DNA of 63,197 nucleotides, filler included, from Neoconidiobolus thromboides FSU 785 (lineage: Eukaryota > Fungi > Entomophthoromycota), in assembly GCA_025603075.1 (NCBI GenBank). It is 6 parts of 6 records of this genome, joined end to end, with 100 filler letters (N's around TTAATTAATTAA, not from the genome) between each part and the next. Parts side by side here need not be neighbours in the genome. Positions count along the whole stretch, not along the records: positions 1 to 28,986 come from MU626494.1; positions 29,087 to 54,396 come from MU626514.1; 4 more parts are not named here. One strand, written 5' to 3'. Made by a program: the position numbers and the translations under genes. Positions 23,670 to 35,464 of the stretch are shown piece after piece (the stretch's first letter is position 1; every line of letters starts with the position of its first letter). The notes below the pieces were generated by a model. The model was not told the DNA's origin. It searched no databases and saw only the letters and a list, made by a program, of their open reading frames with translations.

Positions 23670-24404
23670 AACAATTCTCCGATTATTTTTTTTCTTGCTT
23701 TACCACTTGCTTTTACTGCAAGTATTATACAAGAAACTGTCTGTACCTCTTCTGATAAGAGAAAAAAAGTGGCAATGTCCTCAATATGAAAAATTCCATC
23801 ATAGACCTTCAGCAAATGTTGGGGGTGGTGACGTAAGCTCATTGTCTATATGGGCATTTTTTGTTAAAAGATACTAGACTAATGGTAGTGAAAGCAAAAA
23901 GAATGAAGAAAATTCAATTGAGAAAGAATTGAGAGACAATATTAAAAATGTAAGACTCATAAAAAGGGTATTTTTAACATCTTTAACATTTTCAGAAATA
24001 TATAGGAATATGATAGACAGTTAGGAGAGTTATTTGAAAGAAAGGGTGGATTGGTAGAGATGGAATTAAAAATCAAACGAGAATTAGAAGACTTGGAAAT
24101 CGAAAGTATTTCAGACATTATTTCGCGGGTAGATACGCTAAAAAAATAAAATGAATTTAAATATAAGAGAGAAGAGTTGTATTCGACATACAAAGAGATT
24201 CTAAATGAAAAAGAAAAGGTAAAAAAAGAAATAATCGATTTAAAAGAGGGGGAGAAACAACTTCTAAAAGGAATTGAACAAGAAGCTTCATTTCAAAAAG
24301 AAGAGTTATAGCTTTTCAGAAGAGAAAAAGGAATCAATAACAGAAAAAAAAGGCTGCAAGATATGTTGGACGATATTGAAAAGAAAAAAGAAGCTCTAAA
24401 ATGA
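23670..24404 (+). pseudogene. disrupted member of the TM + coiled-coil family
   Basis: Exon ends GAC|GTAAGC and AAT|GTAAGA. The last exon has in-frame TAA and TAG but ends RKKRLQDMLDDIEKKKEALK, homologous to RKERLESMLIDIQKQKKALE of the intact copy. Confidence 0.6.
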
Positions 24405-24762
24405 TATAATAAAAATTGAAATTTTTTTTATAACTTTTTTTCATATAGGCTATAGTATTTTGATAGTTAACTATTTGCTTTAGACATTGTTATAGATAGC
24501 TGAGGATAGCCGTCCATGGCCTTAAACAGACTACTTTTCAAGTCAAACTATTATACATAAATAAACTATTATGTTGAGTTTATCAAAATTTTGAACTACT
24601 CAATCTCATCTCTTAAATTTATAACCAAAACATAGAAAAGTACAAACTAAAATTAAATTCCAACCATTGGCTGCTTTAAGCCAAACCTTAAACGTGACTA
24701 TCTTAAAATATAAAAAAATCATTCTTTATTTTTAATTTTTAATTTTTTAGCATATTTGCAGC

Positions 24763-25324
24763 ATGGTTTATCCCATAGTTTATCGTTTAGGCATCAGTTT
24801 AGTTATAAGCTGTGTAGCAGCAGCTACCTATCTTATATATCAAAAAAATCACGAAGAGCAAACCTATGAAACACTTTACCAAAATTCTTCTCCAAATGAC
24901 CAATGGGAGGATGTAAGTTTATTAATCTGATTTGGTCTATTTTATTAAGTGATTATAGGATCACCTGAGCGAAAGAGAGAGATCCACAGAGAAAGAAGGA
25001 AACGTATTAAGAAAACGAAATGGAAAGAATGAAGTTGACGGGAAAGATGGGATTGAAAACCAAAAAAGAAAAAACGTAGAGCTTTTTTAACTAGATTAGT
25101 TTTATCTTTAATGACTTATTTAGGATTATATTAAACGAAAGGAAGTTTTGGAGCAAGAGGACATTGAGCTAAAAGAAATGGAAGATAAAGCTATCTCCCA
25201 GTTGGAAGAATTAGAAATTTTGAAAAAAGAAAAGGAGATAAAAGATAGAAAAGAAAGGTTGGAGTCAATGTTAATTGATATTCAAAAGCAAAAGAAGGCA
25301 TTGGAGGAATACAATAGGAATTAA
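24763..25324 (+). CDS. 3-exon small protein: N-terminal TM anchor + Lys/Glu coiled coil (~155 aa)
   Basis: MVYPIVYRLGISLVISCVAAATYLIYQK...WED | intron ~24913-24958 | DHLSER...RKN | intron ~25076-25123 | DYIKRKEVLEQE...EEYNRN*; phase-0 GT-AG introns. Absent from the ORF track. Confidence 0.7.
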
Positions 25325-25544
25325 AACGTTTTTTTGATAATCTATCTTTTTAGTTTAGAATTTTAGTTATTAAATTTTTATGTAAATTTTTTAAAGTAAT
25401 GTTATGATTTTTCTGCTATTATTAAAATAAAAGTACTTGTAATTCTAATTCAAGAATTTACTTCATTCATTGGTTATTTTATTCCAAACTGAAAGTGTGA
25501 CTGCTTAGAATTTCTTACTCGTTTTTTTTATTCCTTTAAATCAA

Positions 25545-26130
25545 ATAATAGCTTGCCCAGTAGCAACTTATTTTGGAGTAGGAGGTATATTAGCATGTGG
25601 CTATAGAGGTTATGAAGTTCAAAAAATATTTTCAAATCAAACTTAATATCATCATCGTGAACAAGCACGCCAGAACCATGTCTCAAGTACTGAAAAGGAT
25701 GACGTAAATTTATTGCTGTTAATTAAACTCTTTTAAATAATTATTATTTGAAGAATGATAAAGAAAAAAGAAAATTCCTTGAGCAAGGGAAAGAGCTAAA
25801 AAGTCGAAACGGAAGCAAACAGTGAACTCATAAAACAAGATAGTGTGAAATGAGAAATCGAAGCAGAAGAAGTGTAAATCTATTTTTAAAAGTAAAGTTA
25901 AATTAAATGAATTTGTTTAGAATTATTTTAAACGAAAGTAAGAGTCAAATAAAGGAGAGATTAAATTCGAAGAATTGGAAAAAAAATTGAGATTGAAATC
26001 GAACAGCTGGAAAAGTTAAAAAGAGAAAAAGGTACAAAGATTATAGATCAACGGAAGGAAAATAAATATATTGAGTTACATTAAAGAGCAGAAGAAAGCT
26101 ATGAGAAAGTATAATGCCAGAAAAAACTAG
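25545..26130 (+). pseudogene. disrupted member of the TM + coiled-coil family
   Basis: IIACPVATYFGVGGILACGY..QT*YHH..KDD|GTAAAT; third exon NYFKRK* matches DYIKRKE; several stops and frameshifts. Confidence 0.6.
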
Positions 26131-26153
26131 GCACATGATTAAATTTTTTGAGC

Positions 26154-26259
26154 ATATGGGGATGTATTTTTGTATTTAAGAATTTACTAACAAATTTTCC
26201 GCTCAAATAGCACTTAAAAAATGGAAAAAATAATGAAGTCAAAAAAAACACTCCCATAT
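26154..26259 (+). mobile_element. MITE family A copy (near consensus)
   Basis: ATATGGGGATGTATTTTTG...CCGCTCAAATAGCAC...CAAAAAAAACACTCCCATAT. Confidence 0.88.
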
Positions 26260-27306
26260 ACTATATTAAAATACAAAGTCTTTGGAGTATGTAATAATTA
26301 ATATTACATTTAAGTAAAGTTCAAATTGGCTAAAAATAAGATAAACTTATATGTTTTAGTTGTCAATTCTAAGAATTACTTGACATTAATTATAATCAAT
26401 GGTATTTTTTTTGAAATTTTTTTGTTAGATATTTGTAACAAAGCAAGGAGTACTTTACTTTATTTTCAGAATTTGTATAATTTGAGCACGTTGTTTAATA
26501 TAAAGCTTATGGAAGTAGTACTTAATATTTAAAATAATATAAATATAACAAGTATCAATATAAAAAAATTTCATTGTTAAAGAACAGATAGTTAAATAAT
26601 TAGATTTAATAAATATTTCTTATTTAACAATTTTATTAAAGATTTGACTGCCATTGTCCTTTATCATAATAAAAATCCGAGTTACTTCTAAATATAGGAT
26701 GTAAAAATAAAAATTTGATTAAATAGATTAAATTATAATATCTAAAATAGTAGTAGACAGTAGTGTAGGTAAATTTTTTAAAACATATCATGAAATCTAT
26801 TCAATATAATATAACATACTACCGTTACTTGGATATGATTTGTAAAACTTTAAAGCCAATATATTAATAGCAAAAATACAAGGGCAAGATAGTAATTATA
26901 AATAAAGTTCCCAGTTCACTTTCGTTCAAACAAGTAAAATTATCATAATTTATGTCAAATTTTACAATGAAAAGAGTGATATTTTTATTGTAGTTCATTT
27001 CAAATTGAAATTTTTGTAATATACCAAAACTGGGAAAATCTGAACCTTAAGTTAATACTTAGTCAAATTAGCTATAAAAAGATTTTATAATTAAAATAAA
27101 AGTTATATTATTAATGAAATTGAATAACTAATCTTTCTTTCTTTCATATACTTAATGTATATTTACCACTATTTATAAATAAAAGACTACCATTAATTAA
27201 TAAGATATATCGAACTAAAAATGCAACACATCGTAGTAAGTATCAGTGAAGTTAATAAAAAAGTATACAAAAAGATATAATTTTTTGATAGAAATCAATC
27301 AAAACA

Positions 27307-28435
27307 ATGGATAATATTCGAAAATCTAACTAGGAAAAAATGGTCCATTAATTAGTGACATTGGACTTGAATTTATAGGTGTGTACATTGCTTATGAAGA
27401 ACCAGGAACGGATAAAGAAAATTCTAAAGTATCAAATCGAGCTTTAGATTTGGGCTATGATTTTTAGGATACAGCAGCAATACTAAGAACATTTTAAGTT
27501 AATAAACGTTTGTTAATAATTTTAGCATGTTTATGCAATTGGAGGAAATGAATTATTATTATCTAAAATTCCAAGCAAAAGAAGAAAAGACGTGTTTTTA
27601 TGCACGGAGTTTAGATTAGTTGAGAGCTCAGATTCATTTAATTTTATCATTCGTGGCGATAAAAAGTATATTGAATAAGCTTGTGATGCTAATTTGAAAC
27701 GTTTAGAAATCAAAACAATTGATTTGTATTATCAATATAGAGTTGATTCTAATATGTACAGTTCTTAGATACTTATTCTATTTTGATATAATTTATAGTC
27801 TAATCGAGGAAACTGTTAAAGTTGTGGCTGAATTGACTAAAGAGGGTAAATTAATATTTAAGTTTATTAGAGTGTAATGCATATGAGTTAAGGAGAGCAT
27901 ATAAAAATCACACTATCGCTACAGTGCAAGTTGAATATAAGTATCATTTATTTCATGGTTGTACTTGATATATTAATAAATCTAAAGCTCTTGGGAGACT
28001 GGTATTGAAAAAAACAACTTATTAGATACATGTATAAAAGTAGGAGTAACTATTATAGCTTTTTCACGATTAGGACAAGGATTTTTAAGTGAGAAGTTAG
28101 ACATGCAATCACTTAGTGATATAAATTTTCATACTACCTAAGTGCCAGAATTGAATCAAGAAAATGTAGATCATAATCTCCAATTAGTAGAAAAATTTCA
28201 AAAGTTATCGAATGAAAAGAACACCAAGTCATCTCAACTTTAAGTTGATCATTATCTTAAGTAACCCAATGGCTTGTTTATATGACATATTTGCTTATTT
28301 TCCTTTAGGATGATGACACTATCCCTATCTCTGGAATAAAGAAAATTTAGCATCTTTAAACATTGAATTTTCTGATAATGATAATTAAGCTATTTGTGAG
28401 TTAGTTAACCTTGGTGTAGTGAAGGGTGAGGATTA
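27307..28435 (+). pseudogene. aldo-keto reductase pseudogene
   Basis: LGKNGPLISDIGL, RALDLGYDF*DTAA, RKDVFLCTEF, RGDKKYIE*ACDANLKRLEIKTIDLYYQYRVD, ATVQVEY, IIAFSRLGQGFL; in-frame stops and frameshifts. Confidence 0.85.
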
Positions 28436-28597
28436 AAGTGTAATTATTATATATTTATTAAATGAAAGTTATTTTCTTATAATAAATTTAATTCAATCTA
28501 TTTTGCCATTTTTGTCTTTGTCGTACAATAACTTTAATAGCTAAAAAAACTTTGGATAAAAAACTTGAATATTTTATTATACATCAATTAAATTTCA

Positions 28598-28986
28598 TTA
28601 GATATTAACCTCTTTTAAACTTTCTGGTGGTAGCCTCTCTCCTTTAACTCCAACCTTATTAACGATAGATCTAACCTCATTATCCAAACTATCTGGAAAT
28701 TGCACTTTTAAAGTATCAAAATTATCTTCTAAATGAGCAATTGACGAAGCACCTGGTATAGAAATAAAATCATCACCCTATTTCAAATTAGTATAGAAAT
28801 AGCACTAAATACTTAACAAATACCTGTTTTAAAATCCAACCAATACAAAGTTGGGCTAATGAGCAATTATATTTTAAAGCTAATTTTTCCAATTCAGTAA
28901 CAATCATCAAATTGTGTGACATATTATCTCCCTGGAATCTAGGAATACACTCTAATCCTGAACCATCTAAAGTATCAGGATTGATT
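28598..28986 (-). CDS. aldo-keto reductase, C-terminal part (5' part lost in gap)
   Basis: IPRFQGDN..LAQLCIGWILKQ | intron 28778-28823 | GDDFISIPGASSIAHLEDNF..VKGERL..*; no disruption in the visible part. Confidence 0.8.
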
Positions 28987-29086
28987 NNNNNNNNNNNNNN
29001 NNNNNNNNNNNNNNNNNNNNNNNNNNNNNNTTAATTAATTAANNNNNNNNNNNNNNNNNNNNNNNNNNNNNNNNNNNNNNNNNNNN
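28987..29086. other. scaffold gap with artificial TTAATTAATTAA filler
   Basis: 100-nt N run with a six-frame-stop 12-mer at its centre; identical design at 54397-54496, 57298-57397, 59654-59753 and 61538-61637. Confidence 0.95.
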
Positions 29087-30143
29087 CCAAACCAAATCAA
29101 ACCAAATCAAACCAAATAATTAAAAAGAACTATTAATATTTAGGCAAAAATTTAGAAAATCTGCCTTTGAGCATATTAACTAACCAGATCCCAAATCCAA
29201 TTCTCATTTTATATAATTGATAGGTCCACATCAAACCGAAAATCACTATAAAAGAAATAATAATACTCTACATTGTACATTTACCAGGACGACTTCATTA
29301 GGCCATGTCTTTGTAAATCCCCTTATCTCTAATGCATGTGCATTCAATTGATTAATATGACTTAAATTCCATCAAATTCGTAAAAGGAATCCCAATCTAC
29401 TTGAAGCCCAAAAAGCAATACATCCAAAGCTCACTAGATACTTCTACTGAATCTTTAAAAAAGAGTGCCAAACCACAACTATCAAATCCACACATCTATC
29501 ATCTAACACCTTGCTTTTGGGCCCCTTATGTGATATCTATGATACTAAATCAGGCACACGAGATATAACTATACAAGTAGTTTGTTATATTTAATTATAT
29601 CGTTTAAATATGCTATTGACCTTTTTACCTGAATTTTAAAATGTAATAGTACATATAGTCCTTAAATCTAGATAAAAAAAGTCAACAACATATTTAAAGG
29701 AACGATGTACTGAAGCATAATGAATGACTTTACAATGGTTGTTGAGTTTATAACATTTAACTGAATCTTGAGTATTTGAGAAAGTGTTTGAAAAAAATTA
29801 ACAAATCTCTTATTTAGTTTTCTATGCTTAATGAATGACATTAATATTGATTTAGAAATAAATAACCAAAATTCAAAAAGATCCAAATTTAACAATTTAA
29901 AATTGGCATATTATTAGTTTTGACTATAATAAAAGTTTATATCTATTAGTAGAAATTTATTAAAACGATATCAAACTTTTTTGCGACCATTTTTGCACAA
30001 TCTAACAACGCATATCTAAGACGATATTTATTATATCAAGTAAAAACTATTGAAAAGACCTTCATTAAATAAAAGACAGAAATTTATTTCATATCTTTTA
30101 GATAAAGTATTTGGTTTATAATTTTAAACAAAGCATTAACTAG

Positions 30144-30250
30144 ATATGGAAGTCTTTTTTTCGGCTTCATTATTTTTTCCATCTTTTAAGCGTTATTTGA
30201 GTGGAAAACTTGTTAGTGAAATTCTTAAACAAAAAAATATATCCCCATAT
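30144..30250 (-). mobile_element. MITE family A copy
   Basis: ATATGGAAGTC...GCGTTATTTGAGTGG...ATATCCCCATAT. Confidence 0.85.
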
Positions 30251-30669
30251 ATTAAACTTTTTATTAGAATTCAACATTTTATATATATTTGGTATTCACT
30301 CTATAAAGTTTAAAGTATCAATATATAGCATTTTGAGATAAAAATAGATGAGTACACTACATTTTAAAATGTTCCAATCTTTTAATTTTAACTAACAATG
30401 TTAATATAAGTTAATAATGTTATACGATTAGTTGATACTGATGTATTCAATAACTCAATAGGGCACAAATTTTTTTATTTAATAAAAGTACATATTATTT
30501 ATTAAACTTGCATTCAAATTGTTTAACGTAATTATCATTTTGTTCTATTCAAGCATGTAAGCTTGTTATTACATATCAAAACATTGCATATCGACTTCAA
30601 TATTTTAATTGATTTAAACTACCTTATTTACTTCACTATATCATTCTGCAGCATTAGAAATTAAATACA

Positions 30670-30773
30670 ATATGGGGATTTATTTTTGTATTTAATAGTT
30701 TTAATAATTTTTCTGCTCAAATAGCGTTTTAAAGATGGAAAAAGTAAGAAACCAAAAAAAAACATACTCATAT
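30670..30773 (+). mobile_element. MITE family A copy
   Basis: ATATGGGGATTTATTTTTG...CTGCTCAAATAGCG...ACATACTCATAT. Confidence 0.8.
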
Positions 30774-30869
30774 AGTTATTCAGGTAAACTGGATCTTGAA
30801 TCTACCATTTAAGTAGCTAAATTAAATAATAACTATATGTAAGCTTTCTTAGTACTTTAGAATTTTAAC

Positions 30870-30975
30870 AATGGGAATGTATTTTTGTATTTAAGAATTT
30901 TGCTAACAGTTTTTTCACTCAAATAGCGCCTAAAAGATGGAAAAAATAATGAAGCCAAAAAAAACATCCCCAATG
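30870..30975 (+). mobile_element. MITE family A copy
   Basis: ATGGGAATGTATTTTTG...CACTCAAATAGCGCC...ACATCCCCAAT. Confidence 0.8.
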
Positions 30976-31149
30976 TTTTGTATTTTTACCTAAAATTTTA
31001 AAATTAGCAAGTGATATATAATGATGCTATAAATTGCTTAGGCAACATTTAAAAACTAAAAAGATACATGAAAGCTACAATTATACTTATAGTGATATAT
31101 TTCAATTTGCACACATACAGATTTTTTATTTTTTTTGTTTTAATAAAGT

Positions 31150-31243
31150 GTATGAGTATGTCTTAAGTTTTAATTTTTCCATTTTTTAAATGCTGTTGTG
31201 GAAAAATGTTAGTAAAATTCTTTAACAAAAGATATCCACATAC
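31150..31243 (-). mobile_element. MITE family A copy (degenerate, internally deleted)
   Basis: GTATGAGTATG...TTTTTCCATTTTTTAAATGCTG..GGAAAAATGTTAGTAAAATTC...ATATCCACATAC. Confidence 0.65.
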
Positions 31244-32420
31244 AATGATATATCCTTTTTAAAATTTTATGTTGCTTAAAAAGTGAACCTAATATCAAAA
31301 GAGAAAATTAGCTAATATTTCTTACAAACAAAATCTTATTTGATAACAAAAATACAATTTAATTTTAACTTTATATAAGCTATTTATTATAGTTTACACA
31401 TTATCATTTATTATATCATTTTTTGTAACTATTTCAAAAAATGCCTAGAAATGCTATTTGAAATAACATACCTTATTTCAACAAACCCACCCCCGGTTTA
31501 TTGATTTAAAAAGCGCCTTTGATTAAAATAGTAGTAAAATAGATCTATAGATGATAATTAAATTAGTATACTATCAGTCGAATAATGCTATATATTAGCC
31601 CTTATATATTAGTGAAAATATATATAACAACAAATTAATACTTGAAAATAACAAGTAAGGATATATAGGCTTGTTATCATTACTTTGATAATAAATTTTA
31701 TTGCACTAACATCAAACATTAATAATTGATAGAATAAAAATAACCAAAACTGAAAAATGGGGGCTATTTTGGTTACTAAAAATAAGAATCAAACAATACT
31801 AATATGGATAGAGATATGACTTACTATTACTACACAACAAAGTGTATCCTTTTTTGTATTTTTTAAATTTGACTGTAGGTGTAGAGTACTATTATGACCA
31901 AAGAGCCCTTTTATTTAACAAAACAAGTCCAATCCATTGGTAATTCCTTTACTCTTTAAAACCATATGATTTCTGGCAGTTAAATCTATAATGATACTGA
32001 TAGCAAAAATAAAAACTGGTTTATGTTTTTAATAGAAAGAGTTAATAAATTTTAGGGGCGGTAAGCTTATAGCAAGTTAATAGAGACTTAAATGAGGGGT
32101 AACAAAAAAAATATAGGGGTGAATAAAGTTAATAGCCACTAATAATAGTAAAGATAAGGAGTCAAATATTTCAAATTGAACAAAAATAAACATTAATAAT
32201 TATATGGCTTAATATGCTAACTCAATTTAGCTTTGTGATGAAATAAAAGTGTTAAACCTTTACTATTTTTTAGAACTTTTAATTCTTATTTACTTATTAG
32301 TTAACTAATGAAGTCATTTTTTCTAATTATACAATTATAAATTAAATTTCATTTTGAATAAAAAAGTATAAATAGGCTAAATATAAAAATAAAGTAGTTA
32401 TAGTTTGATTTAAATCCCCA

Positions 32421-32786
32421 ATGCAACAATCTTTTAGAAAAGTGCTAAACAAAGTACAGAACTTATGTCAGCGAGAGGAAGAGGAGCTTAAGTTACAGAT
32501 AGAAAATAAGATTCAGTTTATAAGGTGTAAAAGCAGAACGATCAAATCCAAATTCAGTAAAAATAGGCATAGTAGCTATGAAGATTATAATATTGATATA
32601 AAATGCGACTGTGAATCTGATTTGGATTTGGAATTAAAAGAAGCTAGGGATAAGATGAGGATGGTCGCCTTTGATCATATGCTGATATACGGATTTCCAG
32701 GCTCCTTGGATTCAGTGAGTAAATTTCAGTCGACCATTCATATCTCATTAACACCTAAGGTGGCTACACATTTAAATAATAATTAA
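32421..32786 (+). CDS. hypothetical 121-aa protein with C-terminal FDxML..GFP..TIxISLTP motif
   Basis: Intact intronless ORF; its C-terminus aligns with that of 35012..35464. Confidence 0.75.
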   Translation: MQQSFRKVLNKVQNLCQREEEELKLQIENKIQFIRCKSRTIKSKFSKNRHSSYEDYNIDIKCDCESDLDLELKEARDKMRMVAFDHMLIYGFPGSLDSVSKFQSTIHISLTPKVATHLNNN

Positions 32787-33564
32787 TAATAAACAATGTA
32801 ATCTTATTTTACTTTTAATTTTAACTTTGATTACTATTTTACTTTTTGACCTTTTGCTTACTATAAGATATATTGACTTTATAAAAACTTATTTAGTAAA
32901 TCATAATCACTTATTTATCATGATACCAACCATTAAATTCAGTAGTGCTAGGTGTTCAGTATAGTGAGGTAAATAAAAGAATAATTTAAAATTGTGTCTA
33001 TAGGAATTTTTTTCGGTGGATACTATCATAGATTGATCGAAGCAAGTATTTGTGAAAAATTAACATAAAGCATCAGCACATTAAAATATACTTATTTCCC
33101 TACTATCTTAATGTTAGTTTTAATGATTTTTTGATTTGATTTTTAGCGGACTACAATTATAAAAAAATCAAAGTATGTTACAATATACATTTGTTAAGAA
33201 TGCTTTGTATAACATTCTCTTTATTTTTATGTTTTATTAACTAGTTTAAACAAAATATTGTGTTCTTAATGCTTAAAAGTCTGTTTATTTTATTTTTCTG
33301 ATGCTTTATAGATAAAGTTTCGTATCAATTTTGTTTTTAAAGAATAGAGTAGTTTATCTTCAAATATAACTCACTTGTTTATATAGTCATATGTAAAAAC
33401 GATATTTATTTTTTGAAGTAATTGAATATGTTTAAAAGCATAAATACTTGATATATTATTCATAAAACAAGTGCAATACTCCTTTTGCCAAAAGCTGTAT
33501 AATTTATAGAGAATTTAAAGATGAAGCTTTAGATATGTTTTATATGTACTTGAGCCAATAAAAA

Positions 33565-33636
33565 GGCTCAATGGTCTAGTGGTATGATTCACCCTTAGGG
33601 TGGGTGAGGTCCCGAGTTCAATTCTCGGTTGAGCCC
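33565..33636 (+). tRNA. tRNA-Pro (anticodon AGG), intronless
   Basis: Acceptor GGCTCAA/TTGAGCC, D-arm TGGTCTAGTGG, anticodon stem CACCC/GGGTG with loop TTAGGGT, T-loop GTTCAAT. Confidence 0.97.
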
Positions 33637-33641
33637 ATTGA

Positions 33642-33649
33642 TTTTTTTT
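33642..33649 (+). terminator. Pol III oligo-T terminator of tRNA-Pro
   Basis: T8 run 5 nt after the discriminator base. Confidence 0.8.
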
Positions 33650-33821
33650 GATTGTTTGTCGTTAAAACGACATGAGTTATTTAAGATAATAGGTTTAAAA
33701 GGCTACTAATTTTAGTGCTTTATGTATACTTGAGTTGTTTAATCAAATAATACAGTATTAATTTTTCAATTTTTCCTACTATGTGATACTATTTTTGGTA
33801 ATTTAGGTAATATTTTCTACT

Positions 33822-33928
33822 ATATGGGAGTGTCTTTTTTGACTTCATTATTTTTTCCATTTTTTAAGTGCTATTTAAGCGGAAAATTTGTTAGTAAGAT
33901 TCTTAAATACAAAAATACATCTCCATAT
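33822..33928 (-). mobile_element. MITE family A copy (near consensus)
   Basis: ATATGGGAGTGTC...GTGCTATTTAAGCGG...ATACATCTCCATAT. Confidence 0.88.
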
Positions 33929-34184
33929 TCTGTAATGTTAGTTCATTAAAGGATGTGAACGCATTGCTATTAGTAGTTACATTGACAATTTTAAATTTTG
34001 AATTTAACTCTACTTTTATCAACATAGTAACCGATCACATTAAATAAAATTTAGTATAAAGGTTGAGGCTTGGTGATTTAGCTAATATCAAACTTATTAA
34101 AAGCTAGAATTAGGTACTATCAATATCGGATGTTGTTAAACTATAATTCAAGACTACATCGTAAAACTTTAAGTTAAAACTACA

Positions 34185-34251
34185 ATATACGGGGATGTAT
34201 TTTTTTACTCAATTTTACTACAATTCTTAAACACAAAAAAGCACCCATATA
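34185..34251. mobile_element. fold-back derivative of MITE family A (two left arms head to head)
   Basis: GGGGATGTATTTTT..AATTTTACTA joined to AATTCTTAAACACAAAAAAGCACCCATAT, the reverse complement of a left arm. Confidence 0.6.
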
Positions 34252-35011
34252 TAGTACTACTAAGGTATTAAATTGCAAATAATACTATCTTAAAACTCCT
34301 CTTTTATAAAACACTAGATTAGTTTATTGTAGTTAAGTAATTTAATAAAGTAATAAATGTTTTCTTGTTGTTTTGCTTTATAGGTTCTTTATGTTAAATA
34401 AACTAGTGACATAAGCGCCTATTAATTGATGCTCAACAATTAATATTAATAGATTTTTATAAATAGTAAACTATAGTAGCCAGAAATATATATTTAATTT
34501 TAATTTTAATTTTAATTTTAATTTTAATAGTTATGACTATCTATATAAAGTCGTATTAAACCAAGTCTTATAAGAGTAATATACTCTTATTTTTATGAAG
34601 TAGTCTTACAACATGTTACAACAATATTAAATAACATGTATTAGTTGTAATTGTATTAAATAATACCAAGAAAATTAAAAGCAAAATGAAAACTTAATAT
34701 TTTCAAGCAATGCTAAGCAAAGTACCATGGAAAAAGGCTCGTAAAATTGTTTCAAGCCAATTTACTATGGTTCAAATTACATAATAGTTGATCGTCCTTA
34801 ATAAGGTTAAACCAATGATAATAAATTTCACAAGTTTAGTGATATTTTAAAGTTTTAATTATTTGTAATAATACATATAAACATATCTCATTGAAACTTA
34901 GGAGTGTGACTATCGATATATTATTAGAAAATAAAATAAAATAGTTGTATAGTTAAATTACAATTTATTAAAATTTAAAGCATATATGGTACATTAAAGG
35001 TGAATGATAGA

Positions 35012-35464
35012 TTAGGTCCTCATTTTAGCAACTTCCGGAGTTAGAGAAATAAATATTGTAAGCTCCTTTTCAGGCGTATTTAGGCTCTTTAAGTTAAGAG
35101 TAGGAAATCCATTGGTCAACATAGAATCGAAATCATTAGCTAACTTGATCCTTCTTCTTGCATGTTTAAGGCTGTGGTCATCGTGAAAGAACCTTAATTG
35201 AGAGGTTGAGCAGTTATTCTTTAAAGTGCGATTCAAGCTATACTGCCTTTTGTTGGAGTATTTATGATGTGATAGACTGTTATCATCTTTACTGTATACT
35301 CTACTATTGTTTTTTTCTATTTTAGAGGTTGGTAAAGAGTTCATTCTTGCTCTACCATGATGGAAGTTAGTATTTGATAACTCTTCCGTTTTATTTGGTA
35401 TAGACTTTATTTTATCCCACATACGAGCCAAAGATGAATCCATATTTTGAATAATGTTCTTCAT
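35012..35464 (-). CDS. hypothetical 150-aa protein with C-terminal FDxML..GFP..TIxISLTP motif
   Basis: Intact intronless ORF; shares its C-terminal motif with 32421..32786. Confidence 0.75.
   Translation of the reverse strand: MKNIIQNMDSSLARMWDKIKSIPNKTEELSNTNFHHGRARMNSLPTSKIEKNNSRVYSKDDNSLSHHKYSNKRQYSLNRTLKNNCSTSQLRFFHDDHSLKHARRRIKLANDFDSMLTNGFPTLNLKSLNTPEKELTIFISLTPEVAKMRT

Noticed and set aside
23670-28435. In-frame TAA/TAG as evidence of a reassigned genetic code or readthrough
   Set aside because: Intact genes here end in TAA, and the affected loci also have frameshifts; ordinary pseudogenes.
29100-29640. Coding-like, more GC-rich stretch after the first gap
   Set aside because: All frames I read contain stops and no motif could be recognised; it is not the missing AKR N-terminus.
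492-31300. Short AT-rich ORFs (492+, 6014-, 9470-, 22200+, 26326+, 29668- and similar)
   Set aside because: Phe/Leu/Ile/Lys composition expected by chance; several simply cross MITE copies.
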